From: Candidatus Saccharimonadota bacterium
GTDB lineage: Bacteria; Patescibacteriota; Patescibacteriia; 2-12-FULL-60-25
Direction of reading: 5' to 3'
DNA: 32,000 nt
Assembly: GCA_016699205.1 (NCBI GenBank)
Contig: CP064964.1
Location: 570,001 to 602,000 of the forward strand
Positions 22,922-30,466 of this stretch are shown here, one piece after another. A program made the position numbers and the translations under genes. Every line of letters starts with the position of its first letter. Position 1 is the stretch's first letter. The notes under the pieces were generated by a model, which was given only the letters and a program-made list of their open reading frames with translations, was not told the origin of the DNA and searched no databases.

Positions 22922-23905
22922 ATGCCTCGCATCTTTGTCACCCGTCCTTTTGCCGATGAGGGTATTTTGATGCTTAAGGCCAAGAAATATCAGGTCGATG
23001 TCTACGAACATGACGAGATAATCCCCCGCCAAGAACTCCTGAAGCGCGTGGTTGGCTGTGATGCCCTACTCTCACTTTTGACGGACAAGGTCGATGCGGA
23101 GGTGATGGATGCGGCGGGAGGATCGCTCAAGGTGATAGCTAATTACGCGGTTGGTTTTGATAATATCGATCTTGCGGCGGCGAGAGAACGTAATATCGTG
23201 GTGACAAATACGCCTTCAGATGAAGTGAATCGATCTGTGGCTGAGCATGCTTTTTCATTAATTCTTGCGCTCGCGCATCGCGTTCCGGAATCTGATGTTT
23301 ATGCGAAGGCGGGAAAATATAAGGGTTGGTCGCCAAATAACTTGATTGGAACCGATGTAGAAGGAAAAACGATTGGCGTGGTTGGACTTGGGCGTATCGG
23401 CATGTCGCTTGCTAGAAAGGCCGTGCACGGATTTGGAATGAAATGCGTGTATGCCGATATGCGCCGCAATCCGGAATTTGAAAAAGAGTTTGATGCGAAG
23501 CAATTGCCGCTCGAGAAATTACTTCAGGTTTCTGATTTTGTGTCTTTGCACGTTCCCCTGCTGCCATCGACCAAACATTTGATTTCAACGGAAGAATTTT
23601 CTTTGATGAAGAAGACGGCGTTTCTCGTGAATACAGCGCGCGGACCTGTGGTCGATGAGAAAGCGTTGCTGCGAGCTTTGCGAACCAAGCGTATCGCCGG
23701 AGCCGCGCTTGATGTGTTTGAATGCGAACCTGCGATTGATTGTGATTTGACCGACAAACTCGAACTGAAACAGTTTGCGAATGTCGTCCTTACGCCGCAT
23801 ACGGCAAGCGCAACGATTGAAGCGCGACAATCGATGAGCCGAGGGGCGGCGGAAAATCTGATTGCCGTTCTTTCTGGAAAGACACCGCTTAATCCTGCCA
23901 AATAA
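22922..23905 (+). CDS. D-isomer-specific 2-hydroxyacid dehydrogenase (glyoxylate/hydroxypyruvate reductase-like)
   Basis: 327 aa with the NAD fold GVVGLGRIGMSLARKA, NTARGPVVDEKAL, AALDVFECEP and TPHTASAT. Confidence 0.85.
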   Translation: MPRIFVTRPFADEGILMLKAKKYQVDVYEHDEIIPRQELLKRVVGCDALLSLLTDKVDAEVMDAAGGSLKVIANYAVGFDNIDLAAARERNIVVTNTPSDEVNRSVAEHAFSLILALAHRVPESDVYAKAGKYKGWSPNNLIGTDVEGKTIGVVGLGRIGMSLARKAVHGFGMKCVYADMRRNPEFEKEFDAKQLPLEKLLQVSDFVSLHVPLLPSTKHLISTEEFSLMKKTAFLVNTARGPVVDEKALLRALRTKRIAGAALDVFECEPAIDCDLTDKLELKQFANVVLTPHTASATIEARQSMSRGAAENLIAVLSGKTPLNPAK

Positions 23906-23917
23906 AACAAATAGAGA

Positions 23918-23951
23918 AGCGCCCCGATCCAGAGATGGACGGGGCGCTTTT
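23918..23951. terminator. Bidirectional intrinsic terminator
   Basis: Stem AGCGCCCCG 23918-23926 / CGGGGCGCT 23940-23948, followed by TTTT. It lies between convergent genes. Confidence 0.6.
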
Positions 23952-24394
23952 CAGAAGGGCATGTCGGGGTCGGAAGGATCGGGCTTGGGGACCTCGAGGA
24001 CGCCGAATGTGTAGACCGGAATCCTGAGCTTGATGTTGGGATTCCGGACGGACTGGAGAAGGAGCGGGGCGGAACGCTTGAAGCGCTCGAGATAGCTGGG
24101 AGCACCGCTCACCAGGAAGGTGATGGTCGATTCCATGACCGACATCTGCCTCACAAAGAAGGGGCGCTCGCACTCCTCAAAGCCAAAGCGCAGTCGCTTG
24201 AGCAGGGAGAAGCCGCTGACGTGCTGGTTGTAGAGCGAGGCCGTCACGTTAATCGTGATCATGAAGCGGTTCAGGCGCACCCAGTGGGTTACCCGCACTT
24301 CACGCACGACGTACTCGCCGAGCCTCTCGGGAGAGAAGGCCGGGAAATTCCAGACCTTCCTCCCAAACAGACTCCTCCGAGAGCGAGGTCTCAC
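23951..24394 (-). CDS. Hypothetical protein (second gene of GC-rich two-gene module)
   Basis: 147-aa ORF. Its GTG start overlaps the upstream TGA (GTGA). GGAGG lies 10 nt upstream. Codons are GC3-rich. No family recognised. Confidence 0.5.
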   Translation of the reverse strand: MRPRSRRSLFGRKVWNFPAFSPERLGEYVVREVRVTHWVRLNRFMITINVTASLYNQHVSGFSLLKRLRFGFEECERPFFVRQMSVMESTITFLVSGAPSYLERFKRSAPLLLQSVRNPNIKLRIPVYTFGVLEVPKPDPSDPDMPF

Positions 24395-24819
24395 GGAGAA
24401 GCCGCCTCCTGCAGCGGGGCCGGGGGCGGACGTACCGACTCGGGTCGGAGCGAAGCAGAGATGTCGCTCGGCCCCCTGAACGGGAACGTGCGCAGCGATC
24501 GCCCGAACGAGATCTCGCAGTTGTCGATCCAGTCCTCGGGCAACGCGTCACGCTTGAGCCGCATACCGAGGCGCGAGACGCAGACGTCCGGCCGCTTGGG
24601 CAGGATGTGCGTGTCGAGGCGCTCCGGTTCGAGGATCCGCTTCTCCTCGCCCTTGATGGCGACGATGAGCAGGCCCTCGGCCGGGAGCTGGATGTTGCCG
24701 AGGGGCTTGGCGAGCCAGAAACTGATACACATGTAGTCGAGCTTGGGATCACGGAGCGCGATCTGGTAGTAGCCCGCCAGATGCTCGAGAACTTCCTGCT
24801 GACGATTACGTGATGACAA
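24391..24819 (-). CDS. Hypothetical protein (first gene of GC-rich two-gene module)
   Basis: 142-aa ORF with a TTG start 5 nt after GGAGG. Codons are GC3-rich. No family recognised. Confidence 0.55.
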   Translation of the reverse strand: MSSRNRQQEVLEHLAGYYQIALRDPKLDYMCISFWLAKPLGNIQLPAEGLLIVAIKGEEKRILEPERLDTHILPKRPDVCVSRLGMRLKRDALPEDWIDNCEISFGRSLRTFPFRGPSDISASLRPESVRPPPAPLQEAASP

Positions 24820-24882
24820 AGGACACCTCCGCGCCGGAGTGAAACATAATATTGGCGGATTGTAAAGGGATTGGACGTAAAC

Positions 24883-24905
24883 AAAAATCCCCCGATTGGG
24901 GGATT
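24883..24905 (-). terminator. Intrinsic terminator downstream of tRNA-Ala
   Basis: Stem AATCCCCC/GGGGGATT 24886-24905 with loop GATT. On the minus strand it is followed by UUUUUGUUU. Confidence 0.6.
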
Positions 24906-24911
24906 TCTGTA

Positions 24912-24988
24912 TGGTGGACCGTGTCGGATTCGAACCGACGACCCCTGCCTTGCAAAGGCAGTGCTCTAGCCAACTGAGCTAACGGCCC
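24912..24988 (-). tRNA. tRNA-Ala (anticodon UGC) with encoded CCA
   Basis: The minus-strand 77-nt cloverleaf is GGGCCGT-TA-GCTC-AGTTGGCTA-GAGC-A-CTGCC-TTTGCAA-GGCAG-GGGTC-GTCGG-TTCGAAT-CCGAC-ACGGTCC-ACCA. The G3:U70 identity pair is present. Confidence 0.95.
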
Positions 24989-25035
24989 AAAGACTTCAGC
25001 GGGCTGAATCTTGCCAAAAAACACCATTTAACGCA

Positions 25036-25066
25036 AGCGGTCCGACATTAGGTCGGACCGCTTTTT
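25036..25066. terminator. GC hairpin with T-run between tRNA-Ala and the lipoprotein gene
   Basis: AGCGGTCCGAC 25036-25046 / GTCGGACCGCT 25052-25062, followed by TTTTT on the plus strand. Which transcript it terminates is unclear. Confidence 0.4.
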
Positions 25067-25073
25067 CATTTTC

Positions 25074-25781
25074 TTACTCGTGGCGATAGGTGGCAACGAT
25101 TTGTTCCAAATGAGCACGGTAGAGCGCTTCATCGAAAAGGATACAGGTTGTACCTGAGGAAATGACTGTTTTTCCATGACACGACTCGTCATCAAACAAG
25201 TCACCGTTCGCTAAACGCTTGCTAAAGGTAATCAGGATGAACTTGTCGCCACGCGGTGCGGTGAATGAATCCGTAAAGTAGCGCTGACCTGCACCGGCAT
25301 CAACTTCACGCACGACGCAGAACGATGTGTCTCCAATGACAAATGGTCCGGATGTTGAGCGCAAGTTTGCCTCCGGCTTTTTACACCCGTCTTCCAAACG
25401 CGCATCACCCTGAGAGAGAATGGTTACATTCCATTCCGGAGCATAGCGGCCCTTGGTCGGATACTGGAATGAAAACTTATTAGCCACGTTGTTATAGATC
25501 TTCCAGGTGCCATCGATAACCGGGAGCTCTTTTTCATCGACAGCGCGGTCTGGGTCTGTTCCGGTTGTTGGAGTGGTCGGTGTGGCGGGAGTCGACGTTG
25601 CCGCATCAGCTGGCTTGGTGCCCGTGTCTGTCGGCTTGGTATCGGTTGGCTGCGTGGCTACTGGTGGTGCCTTGGTGTCCGGAGCATTTGTGGTTGGAGC
25701 CGGCTCCGAGCCCATGCAGCCGGCGCCCAAAAGGGCCAAAATCGAACCCGCGGCAACGAATTTGGTGAGGTTGGTATTCAT
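25074..25781 (-). CDS. Lipoprotein with T/P-rich linker, unknown function
   Basis: Start chosen at MNTNLTKFVAAGSILALLGAGC (lipobox). A PT-rich low-complexity stretch is followed by a ~150-aa globular domain. Confidence 0.6.
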   Translation of the reverse strand: MNTNLTKFVAAGSILALLGAGCMGSEPAPTTNAPDTKAPPVATQPTDTKPTDTGTKPADAATSTPATPTTPTTGTDPDRAVDEKELPVIDGTWKIYNNVANKFSFQYPTKGRYAPEWNVTILSQGDARLEDGCKKPEANLRSTSGPFVIGDTSFCVVREVDAGAGQRYFTDSFTAPRGDKFILITFSKRLANGDLFDDESCHGKTVISSGTTCILFDEALYRAHLEQIVATYRHE

Positions 25782-25835
25782 AGATATATGGTTCGTATCA
25801 TGAGAACGGCCGCGAGGCAAAAACCTGACAACTCG

Positions 25836-25844
25836 TGGTACGAT
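25836..25844 (+). promoter_or_regulatory. Extended -10 (TGgTACGAT) giving a leaderless phosphatase mRNA
   Basis: TGGTACGAT at 25836-25844 with ATG at 25852 (7-nt gap). There is no SD. Confidence 0.4.
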
Positions 25845-25851
25845 ATCCCGT

Positions 25852-26310
25852 ATGAACCATGACTTTTTGCCTCATAAGCAGATGGAGTTCTCTCAGATCG
25901 AGGCGCAGATTTTTATCGGGACAAATACTTGCTGTACACATCATTTTAAAAGCGAATTGCTCGACAAAGGGATTACTTGCGATATTTCTCTTGAAGGAGA
26001 AATGATCGACCAGCCGATAGGCGTCGACTGCTATCTGTGGCTACCGACACCGGATCATCAGCCGCCAACCATGCACTCCATTCGTATCGGATGCGAAGCC
26101 TTGGAAGAGATGTTGCGGGAAGGACGAAGCGTTTATATTCACTGCAAGAATGGTCATGGACGCGCACCATCCTTTTATGTGGCTTTTTTAATCATGAAAC
26201 GAGGGCGTACTTTTGAAGATGCTTGGAATATCGTTAAAACTTCTCGGCCCGAGGCCCATTTGGATGCGAGCCAAGAGGCTCTGCTGAGATCCTTGACGAG
26301 AGGGGCGTAA
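25852..26310 (+). CDS. Dual-specificity / protein-tyrosine phosphatase
   Basis: 152 aa with the HCX5R active-site loop (IHCKNGHGRAPS). Confidence 0.75.
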   Translation: MNHDFLPHKQMEFSQIEAQIFIGTNTCCTHHFKSELLDKGITCDISLEGEMIDQPIGVDCYLWLPTPDHQPPTMHSIRIGCEALEEMLREGRSVYIHCKNGHGRAPSFYVAFLIMKRGRTFEDAWNIVKTSRPEAHLDASQEALLRSLTRGA

Positions 26311-26340
26311 TCGTAGGCTTTTTGGTATCCTGTAGATGCT

Positions 26341-26826
26341 ATGAAAACACTTTTGTGCAAGACGGATTGCGTCGGAAATGAGATGCGTATCGACAAGGCA
26401 TTGCTCATTATCCGTATCGTGGCTGGTATCATTTTCTTGGTACACGGCTGGGGTAAATTGACCGGTAATCCGAGTATTGAAATGTTCTCGGGTATGGTCG
26501 GAAATCTCGGCTTTCCAATGCCGATGTTCTTTGCTTGGGTTGTTGCTTTGACCGAGTTCTTGGGCGGTATTGCCCTCATCCTCGGCATCTTTGTGCGACC
26601 GGCTGCTATCCTTCTTTCCATTGTCATGTTGGTTGCGTTCGGCATGGTTAAGAAGTTCGGCTTCCCTGCTGGCGAGCTTGATTTTGCTTTGCTCGGTATC
26701 TCCGTTGCTTTGGCAATGACAGGTCCGGGACATTGGTCTGTCTCGCACAAAATGGTAGGCAAGGACTGCTGCCAGGGTGAAGACGAGGAGTGCTGCGGCG
26801 GACATGGCCACGATCACAAGCACTAG
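26341..26826 (+). CDS. DoxX-family membrane protein with Cys/His-rich tail
   Basis: ...ALLIIRIVAGIIFLVHGWGKL... and four hydrophobic helices. The tail is CCQGEDEECCGGHGHDHKH. The true start may be the internal ATG at 26383. Confidence 0.7.
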   Translation: MKTLLCKTDCVGNEMRIDKALLIIRIVAGIIFLVHGWGKLTGNPSIEMFSGMVGNLGFPMPMFFAWVVALTEFLGGIALILGIFVRPAAILLSIVMLVAFGMVKKFGFPAGELDFALLGISVALAMTGPGHWSVSHKMVGKDCCQGEDEECCGGHGHDHKH

Positions 26827-26851
26827 TCCATCTTTAGTCCGTATCCTTAAG

Positions 26852-26875
26852 AAAACCCTCCGTTTGGAGGGTTTT
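26852..26875. terminator. Bidirectional intrinsic terminator
   Basis: AAAACCCTCC-GTTT-GGAGGGTTTT between convergent DoxX and FemAB genes. Confidence 0.6.
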
Positions 26876-27834
26876 CAAATTCTGCGGATGGATTTTGCAA
26901 GGTTGTAGAGCGAGGGCTTGAGCGGAAAATCGTAAGTGCCCGGGAGCTCAATCACCGCTCCTCCCCAACCAGCTTTAAAGCGCGAGATGCCATCCCAGGC
27001 TTTTTTGAAATCCGGATGATTTTTGTCGACAGGATTGATGCCCCAAAAATCGTAGTAGTGAAATCCTTGGCGTTTGGCCCAGAGCATCGACTCCCAGTGC
27101 ACGAGATATGGCGCCATCAACTGACGATTGGAAGATGAGGACGCTCCGTAAAGATATGTTGCCGTATCGCCAAAGGTCAGCATGAAGTTGGCGGCGAGGG
27201 CTTGGCCGTCTTTTTCTGCAAGGAGAATCGTCGCCGTGCCGCTTTGCTTCAAAAGATCGAATTGCTTGCGGATGTAGGAATCGCTTTGCGCAAAGAAGCG
27301 GTCGCGCTTGGCGGTATCGCGCTGGAGGGAAAGAAATTCATCGACCGTATCTGCTTCACGCAGCATGACTTCATGTTTTTGGGAGACGCGGATGTTGTAG
27401 CGCGTTTTGTGATGCATCTGCGCAAGGATTTCTTCGTCCGTTACCGAGAGATCAAGCAGGCGTGTGACGCTTGGATCATGCGAGGGACGTCGCAGCAGGC
27501 TTGGCGGAAGCGAGTAGCTCGTGGCATGTATCGATGTGACGGGCTCGAAGCGGATGAACCAGGCAGAACCTGGGAGAAGGGCTGCGATCTGGGTTACAAA
27601 ATTGCCGGAAGATTCTCCGACTGGACCGCGTTGAGCGAGCCAATAGGAACCGATGGTCTTTTTGATGAGTGCGAGCTGACAGTATGCATCGCCGTTGCTC
27701 ACGCGAATGACTTGGCGGCCGAGAGACTCCTGAAAGGTTTTCCATGCGGAAGACTGCGCGAACTGCGCATACGGAAAAGCGGAGACGCGCTCGTCCCATT
27801 CCTGATCGCTCCCCTGCCAAAGCTTCCAATCCAT
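26875..27834 (-). CDS. FemA/FemB-family peptidoglycan interpeptide-bridge aminoacyltransferase
   Basis: 319 aa. ...FAQSSAWKTFQESLGR..., ...YLYGASSS... and ...FYDFWGI... are characteristic of the FemABX family. The start lies 2 nt after the ruvA stop. Confidence 0.75.
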   Translation of the reverse strand: MDWKLWQGSDQEWDERVSAFPYAQFAQSSAWKTFQESLGRQVIRVSNGDAYCQLALIKKTIGSYWLAQRGPVGESSGNFVTQIAALLPGSAWFIRFEPVTSIHATSYSLPPSLLRRPSHDPSVTRLLDLSVTDEEILAQMHHKTRYNIRVSQKHEVMLREADTVDEFLSLQRDTAKRDRFFAQSDSYIRKQFDLLKQSGTATILLAEKDGQALAANFMLTFGDTATYLYGASSSSNRQLMAPYLVHWESMLWAKRQGFHYYDFWGINPVDKNHPDFKKAWDGISRFKAGWGGAVIELPGTYDFPLKPSLYNLAKSIRRI

Positions 27835-27836
27835 AC

Positions 27837-28387
27837 TTATGCTTTGGATAAATATTTTAATGCTTCACGAATCTTCTCGGAAGGCTCGGTGGCTTTAACC
27901 ATCTTTAACACATCGCGCGACTGTTGTGTTGAGTAACCGAGACCGACGAGCGCATCGACGACATCCGTATCCGGACCGGACGCTGTATCCGCATCGACGA
28001 GCTGGCCTTTCAACTCCAGAATGATTTTTTGGGCCGTCTTTTTTCCGACACCCGGGACGGAAGTCATCATCGCGAGGTCGCCGGACATGATGGCTTTTTT
28101 TACCTGGTCGGCGGTTCCGACGGACATGATCGTCATGGCCGATTTTGGACCAACGCCGGAAATGGTGAGGAGGCGTTCAAAGAGTTCGAGATCGGCGAGG
28201 GACAGGAAACCGAATAAATCATGGGCGTCTTCACGAATATGGTCATGGGTGTACAGGAAGGCGTGTTCGAGCCTAAAGCTGATAGGACGGCCGGGCTCGC
28301 CTTAATACGGTAGCCGATACCGGCAACCTCGAGCAGGAGCCATGTTGGGCCTTTTTCCAGTATTTGGCCGCGCAACGAACCGATCAT
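27837..28387 (-). pseudogene. ruvA: Holliday-junction helicase subunit RuvA, reading frame broken (frameshift or sequencing indel)
   Basis: Domain I (MIGSLRGQILEKGPTWLLLEVAGIGYRIKASPAVLSAL) is in one frame. The continuation LEHAFLYTHDHIREDAHDLFGFLSLADLELFERLLTISGVGPKSAMTIMSVG... (HhH domains, domain III) is in another. The switch lies near 28270-28280. Confidence 0.8.
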
Positions 28388-28462
28388 AGATTGACATGAG
28401 CATAACTGATCGGGGGCGGACGTGCTAGGCTGGGCAAGGCCCTTTAACAGAGGTAAACGTGA

Positions 28463-29020
28463 ATGGCTGGTAGTTTGACGATGTTCGCCGGATGCATGGC
28501 TTCCGGCAAATCGGCGCTCCTGCTCAACCGGGTGGCATTCCTGCGTACCATGAACCTCTCGGCCGTCGTCAGCTTGCCTGTCGGCAGGTACGGGAACGAG
28601 ATGCGCGCATTCTCACGCGCCGGCCCATCGGAGTACGCACTACGTTTCAAAGAAGCCAATGACCTCCGGCGCTGGACTCACAGCGACAAGGTGCTAGCGA
28701 TCGATGAAATCCAGGATCAGGAACTCTGGGTGAGCGATGTGCTCGAGGAGCTCAAGCGTAGCGGATGCAAGATTATCGTGGCTGGACGGGACACCAATTT
28801 CCGCGGTGAACCGTACCCGATCATGGAGGCCTTGCGCACGATCGCTGACGAGTACACGCAGCTCACGGCCGTGTGTACGGTCTGCCAGCTCCAGGCAGAA
28901 CGTTCGCAACGCCTCGTCCTCGGCGAGCCGGCGCACTGGGACTCTCCGATTCTCGAGCAAGGTCCGCCACGCGAGACCTACGAGCCGCGCTGCCTCGCAC
29001 ATCACGTCGTACCACGCTGA
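28463..29020 (+). CDS. tdk: Thymidine kinase
   Basis: 185 aa with the P-loop GCMASGKS, ...LAIDEIQ..., ...VAGRDTNFRGEPY... and the C-terminal zinc ribbon ...CTVC...C..HH. Confidence 0.8.
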   Translation: MAGSLTMFAGCMASGKSALLLNRVAFLRTMNLSAVVSLPVGRYGNEMRAFSRAGPSEYALRFKEANDLRRWTHSDKVLAIDEIQDQELWVSDVLEELKRSGCKIIVAGRDTNFRGEPYPIMEALRTIADEYTQLTAVCTVCQLQAERSQRLVLGEPAHWDSPILEQGPPRETYEPRCLAHHVVPR

Positions 29021-29027
29021 ACAAATG

Positions 29028-29069
29028 AACCCCGCTCTCCAAACTGGAGTGCGGGGTTCTGTGTTTTTT
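29028..29069. terminator. Nested-hairpin terminator (copy 1 of a two-copy repeat)
   Basis: AACCCCGCTCTCCAAACTGGAGTGCGGGGTT at 29028-29058, followed by a T-run at 29064-69. It lies between convergent tdk and Nudix genes. Confidence 0.65.
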
Positions 29070-29072
29070 ATC

Positions 29073-29759
29073 TTAGAGGATCTCGATTTCTTGAACCGTG
29101 TCTGATTTGAAGGCGTAGAGCTTGGCGGGACGATGGCGCGCGCCGCTTTTCATGCGCGGTAGTTCATTCAAGAGTCCGAGCTTGAGCAGTTTTTTACGGA
29201 AATTGCGTTTGTCGATTTCTTTTCCGGTAATAATCTCAAAGGCTTGCTCCAATTCTGTGAGCGTAATTTCTTTGGGAAGAAGTTTGCTGATCAATGTTGT
29301 GTAGGTAACGCGCGATGCGAGACGTTTGCGTGCAAGCTGCATTATTTCTTTATGATCGTAGGCGAGTTTTGGCAGGCGATGAGCCTCGATCCACTTGGCG
29401 CTCTCAGAATCTTCTTGCTCTTGCGCGCTCAGCTGGGCCCATGGAACAAAACCAAGGTGTGCGACCGCGACGACACGCCCGCGCGGATCGCGATCAACGG
29501 CATCAAAGGTAAAAAGCTGCTCTAAGTGCACGTGATTAGAACGAATGCCGGTTTTTGTTTGGAGAAGGCGCTTGGCGGCCTGTAATGCGGTTTCGTCCGG
29601 ATGAACTAATCCACCAGGCAAGCCGGGAATATGAACAAAATGCGGCGGACGATCCACATCGATCACCCTGACCAGGAGCTCGCCGTCCTTCAAACTAAAA
29701 AGAGCGACATCTGTCGCGAGAATCGCAAACTTGATGTGATCGTTTTTTCCCTTATCCAT
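29073..29759 (-). CDS. Nudix hydrolase-domain protein with C-terminal winged-helix (NrtR-like regulator)
   Basis: Start at MDKGKNDH. The Nudix box region is GLPGGLVHPDETALQAAKRLLQTKTG. The C-terminal ~80 aa (...TLTELEQAFEIITGKEIDKRNFRKKL...) are typical of NrtR-type DNA-binding domains. Confidence 0.7.
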   Translation of the reverse strand: MDKGKNDHIKFAILATDVALFSLKDGELLVRVIDVDRPPHFVHIPGLPGGLVHPDETALQAAKRLLQTKTGIRSNHVHLEQLFTFDAVDRDPRGRVVAVAHLGFVPWAQLSAQEQEDSESAKWIEAHRLPKLAYDHKEIMQLARKRLASRVTYTTLISKLLPKEITLTELEQAFEIITGKEIDKRNFRKKLLKLGLLNELPRMKSGARHRPAKLYAFKSDTVQEIEIL

Positions 29760-29808
29760 AGTGTTACTGTAATTAGTACAATAACTTAGATCCCCCGTCA
29801 ACAAGTAA

Positions 29809-29840
29809 AAGCCCCGCCCTCCAGACCGGAGTGCGGGGTT
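29809..29840. terminator. Nested-hairpin terminator (copy 2 of the two-copy repeat)
   Basis: AAGCCCCGCCCTCCAGACCGGAGTGCGGGGTT is ~87% identical by eye to 29028-29058. It lies downstream of the minus-strand gene 29889-30380. Confidence 0.5.
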
Positions 29841-29888
29841 CTTGCTGCCTCCTGACCAAGCTTCCCCTCCTCATCATCCCGAGAAGGG

Positions 29889-30380
29889 CTAGTGAAGGAG
29901 GCGCCGTTGGAGGGCTTTCTCGACGGCGACGCTAATGCCGGCGGAGAGCGAGTGGACGTACGGGATGTCGTAGCAAAGAGCGTCGTTGTACATTCCGCGC
30001 ATGCCGGGAGCCTTAAGAGGATAAGCCAGCACGAGCCGTTCCGGATCGCGGGCGGTCCAATAGCCCCAATCGGTATTGGTGCGGAAGCCAGGCATGGCAT
30101 CGATCTTACGATCGACCCAAAAGAGAATGACCGTGGAGCGCATCATCGCGTTGCGGCGCCAGTTGAGATGCGCGTCGTCGTCCGGACTCCACTTGTCCGC
30201 GGCCTCTGGTTCAGGGTAGTAGACGACGGGGTCTTGGCGATAGCGCCGGATCATCTGAAGCGCCCGCGGACGCCATGACTTGGTGTACGACTTGCGCGGG
30301 GTAGGCCCCGCAAGAAAGATCGAGGGAATTTTTGGATCCGGAAATTCTTGGAGAGCGTAGACGACGCGGACCTGGTCCAT
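29889..30380 (-). CDS. Nucleoside 2-deoxyribosyltransferase-like protein
   Basis: 163 aa with N-terminal ...SIFLAGPTPR...SWRPRAL...YYPE, characteristic of the Nuc_deoxyri_tr2-type family (from memory). GGAGG lies 6 nt upstream of the ATG. GC-rich. Confidence 0.55.
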   Translation of the reverse strand: MDQVRVVYALQEFPDPKIPSIFLAGPTPRKSYTKSWRPRALQMIRRYRQDPVVYYPEPEAADKWSPDDDAHLNWRRNAMMRSTVILFWVDRKIDAMPGFRTNTDWGYWTARDPERLVLAYPLKAPGMRGMYNDALCYDIPYVHSLSAGISVAVEKALQRRLLH

Positions 30381-30411
30381 GAGCTACCTCCGGCCGAGAC
30401 CTTAGCAAGGA

Positions 30412-30439
30412 TTGACAAAATAAAAAATACCATCATACT
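30412..30439 (+). promoter_or_regulatory. Putative sigma70-type promoter of the PRAI-like gene
   Basis: TTGACA 30412-30417, a 16-nt spacer, then CATACT 30434-30439. Confidence 0.45.
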
Positions 30440-30466
30440 TACCCAGCTCTTTCCAAGGGAAACACC

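Noticed and set aside
22595-23032. 145-aa minus-strand ORF spanning the transporter-dehydrogenase intergenic region
   Set aside because: It overlaps the ends of two well-supported plus-strand genes and the hairpin-rich spacer. It has no SD or family signal.
23935-23975. Possible direct repeat of the tRNA-Ala 3' end (att-like) at the distal border of the 24-kb GC-rich module
   Set aside because: ATGTCGGGGTCGGAAGG versus GTGTCGGATTCGAACC matches only about 10-11 of 16 positions and lies inside coding sequence. That is not convincing without a statistical search.
24806-25027. 73-aa minus-strand ORF
   Set aside because: It is almost entirely the translation of tRNA-Ala and its flanks.
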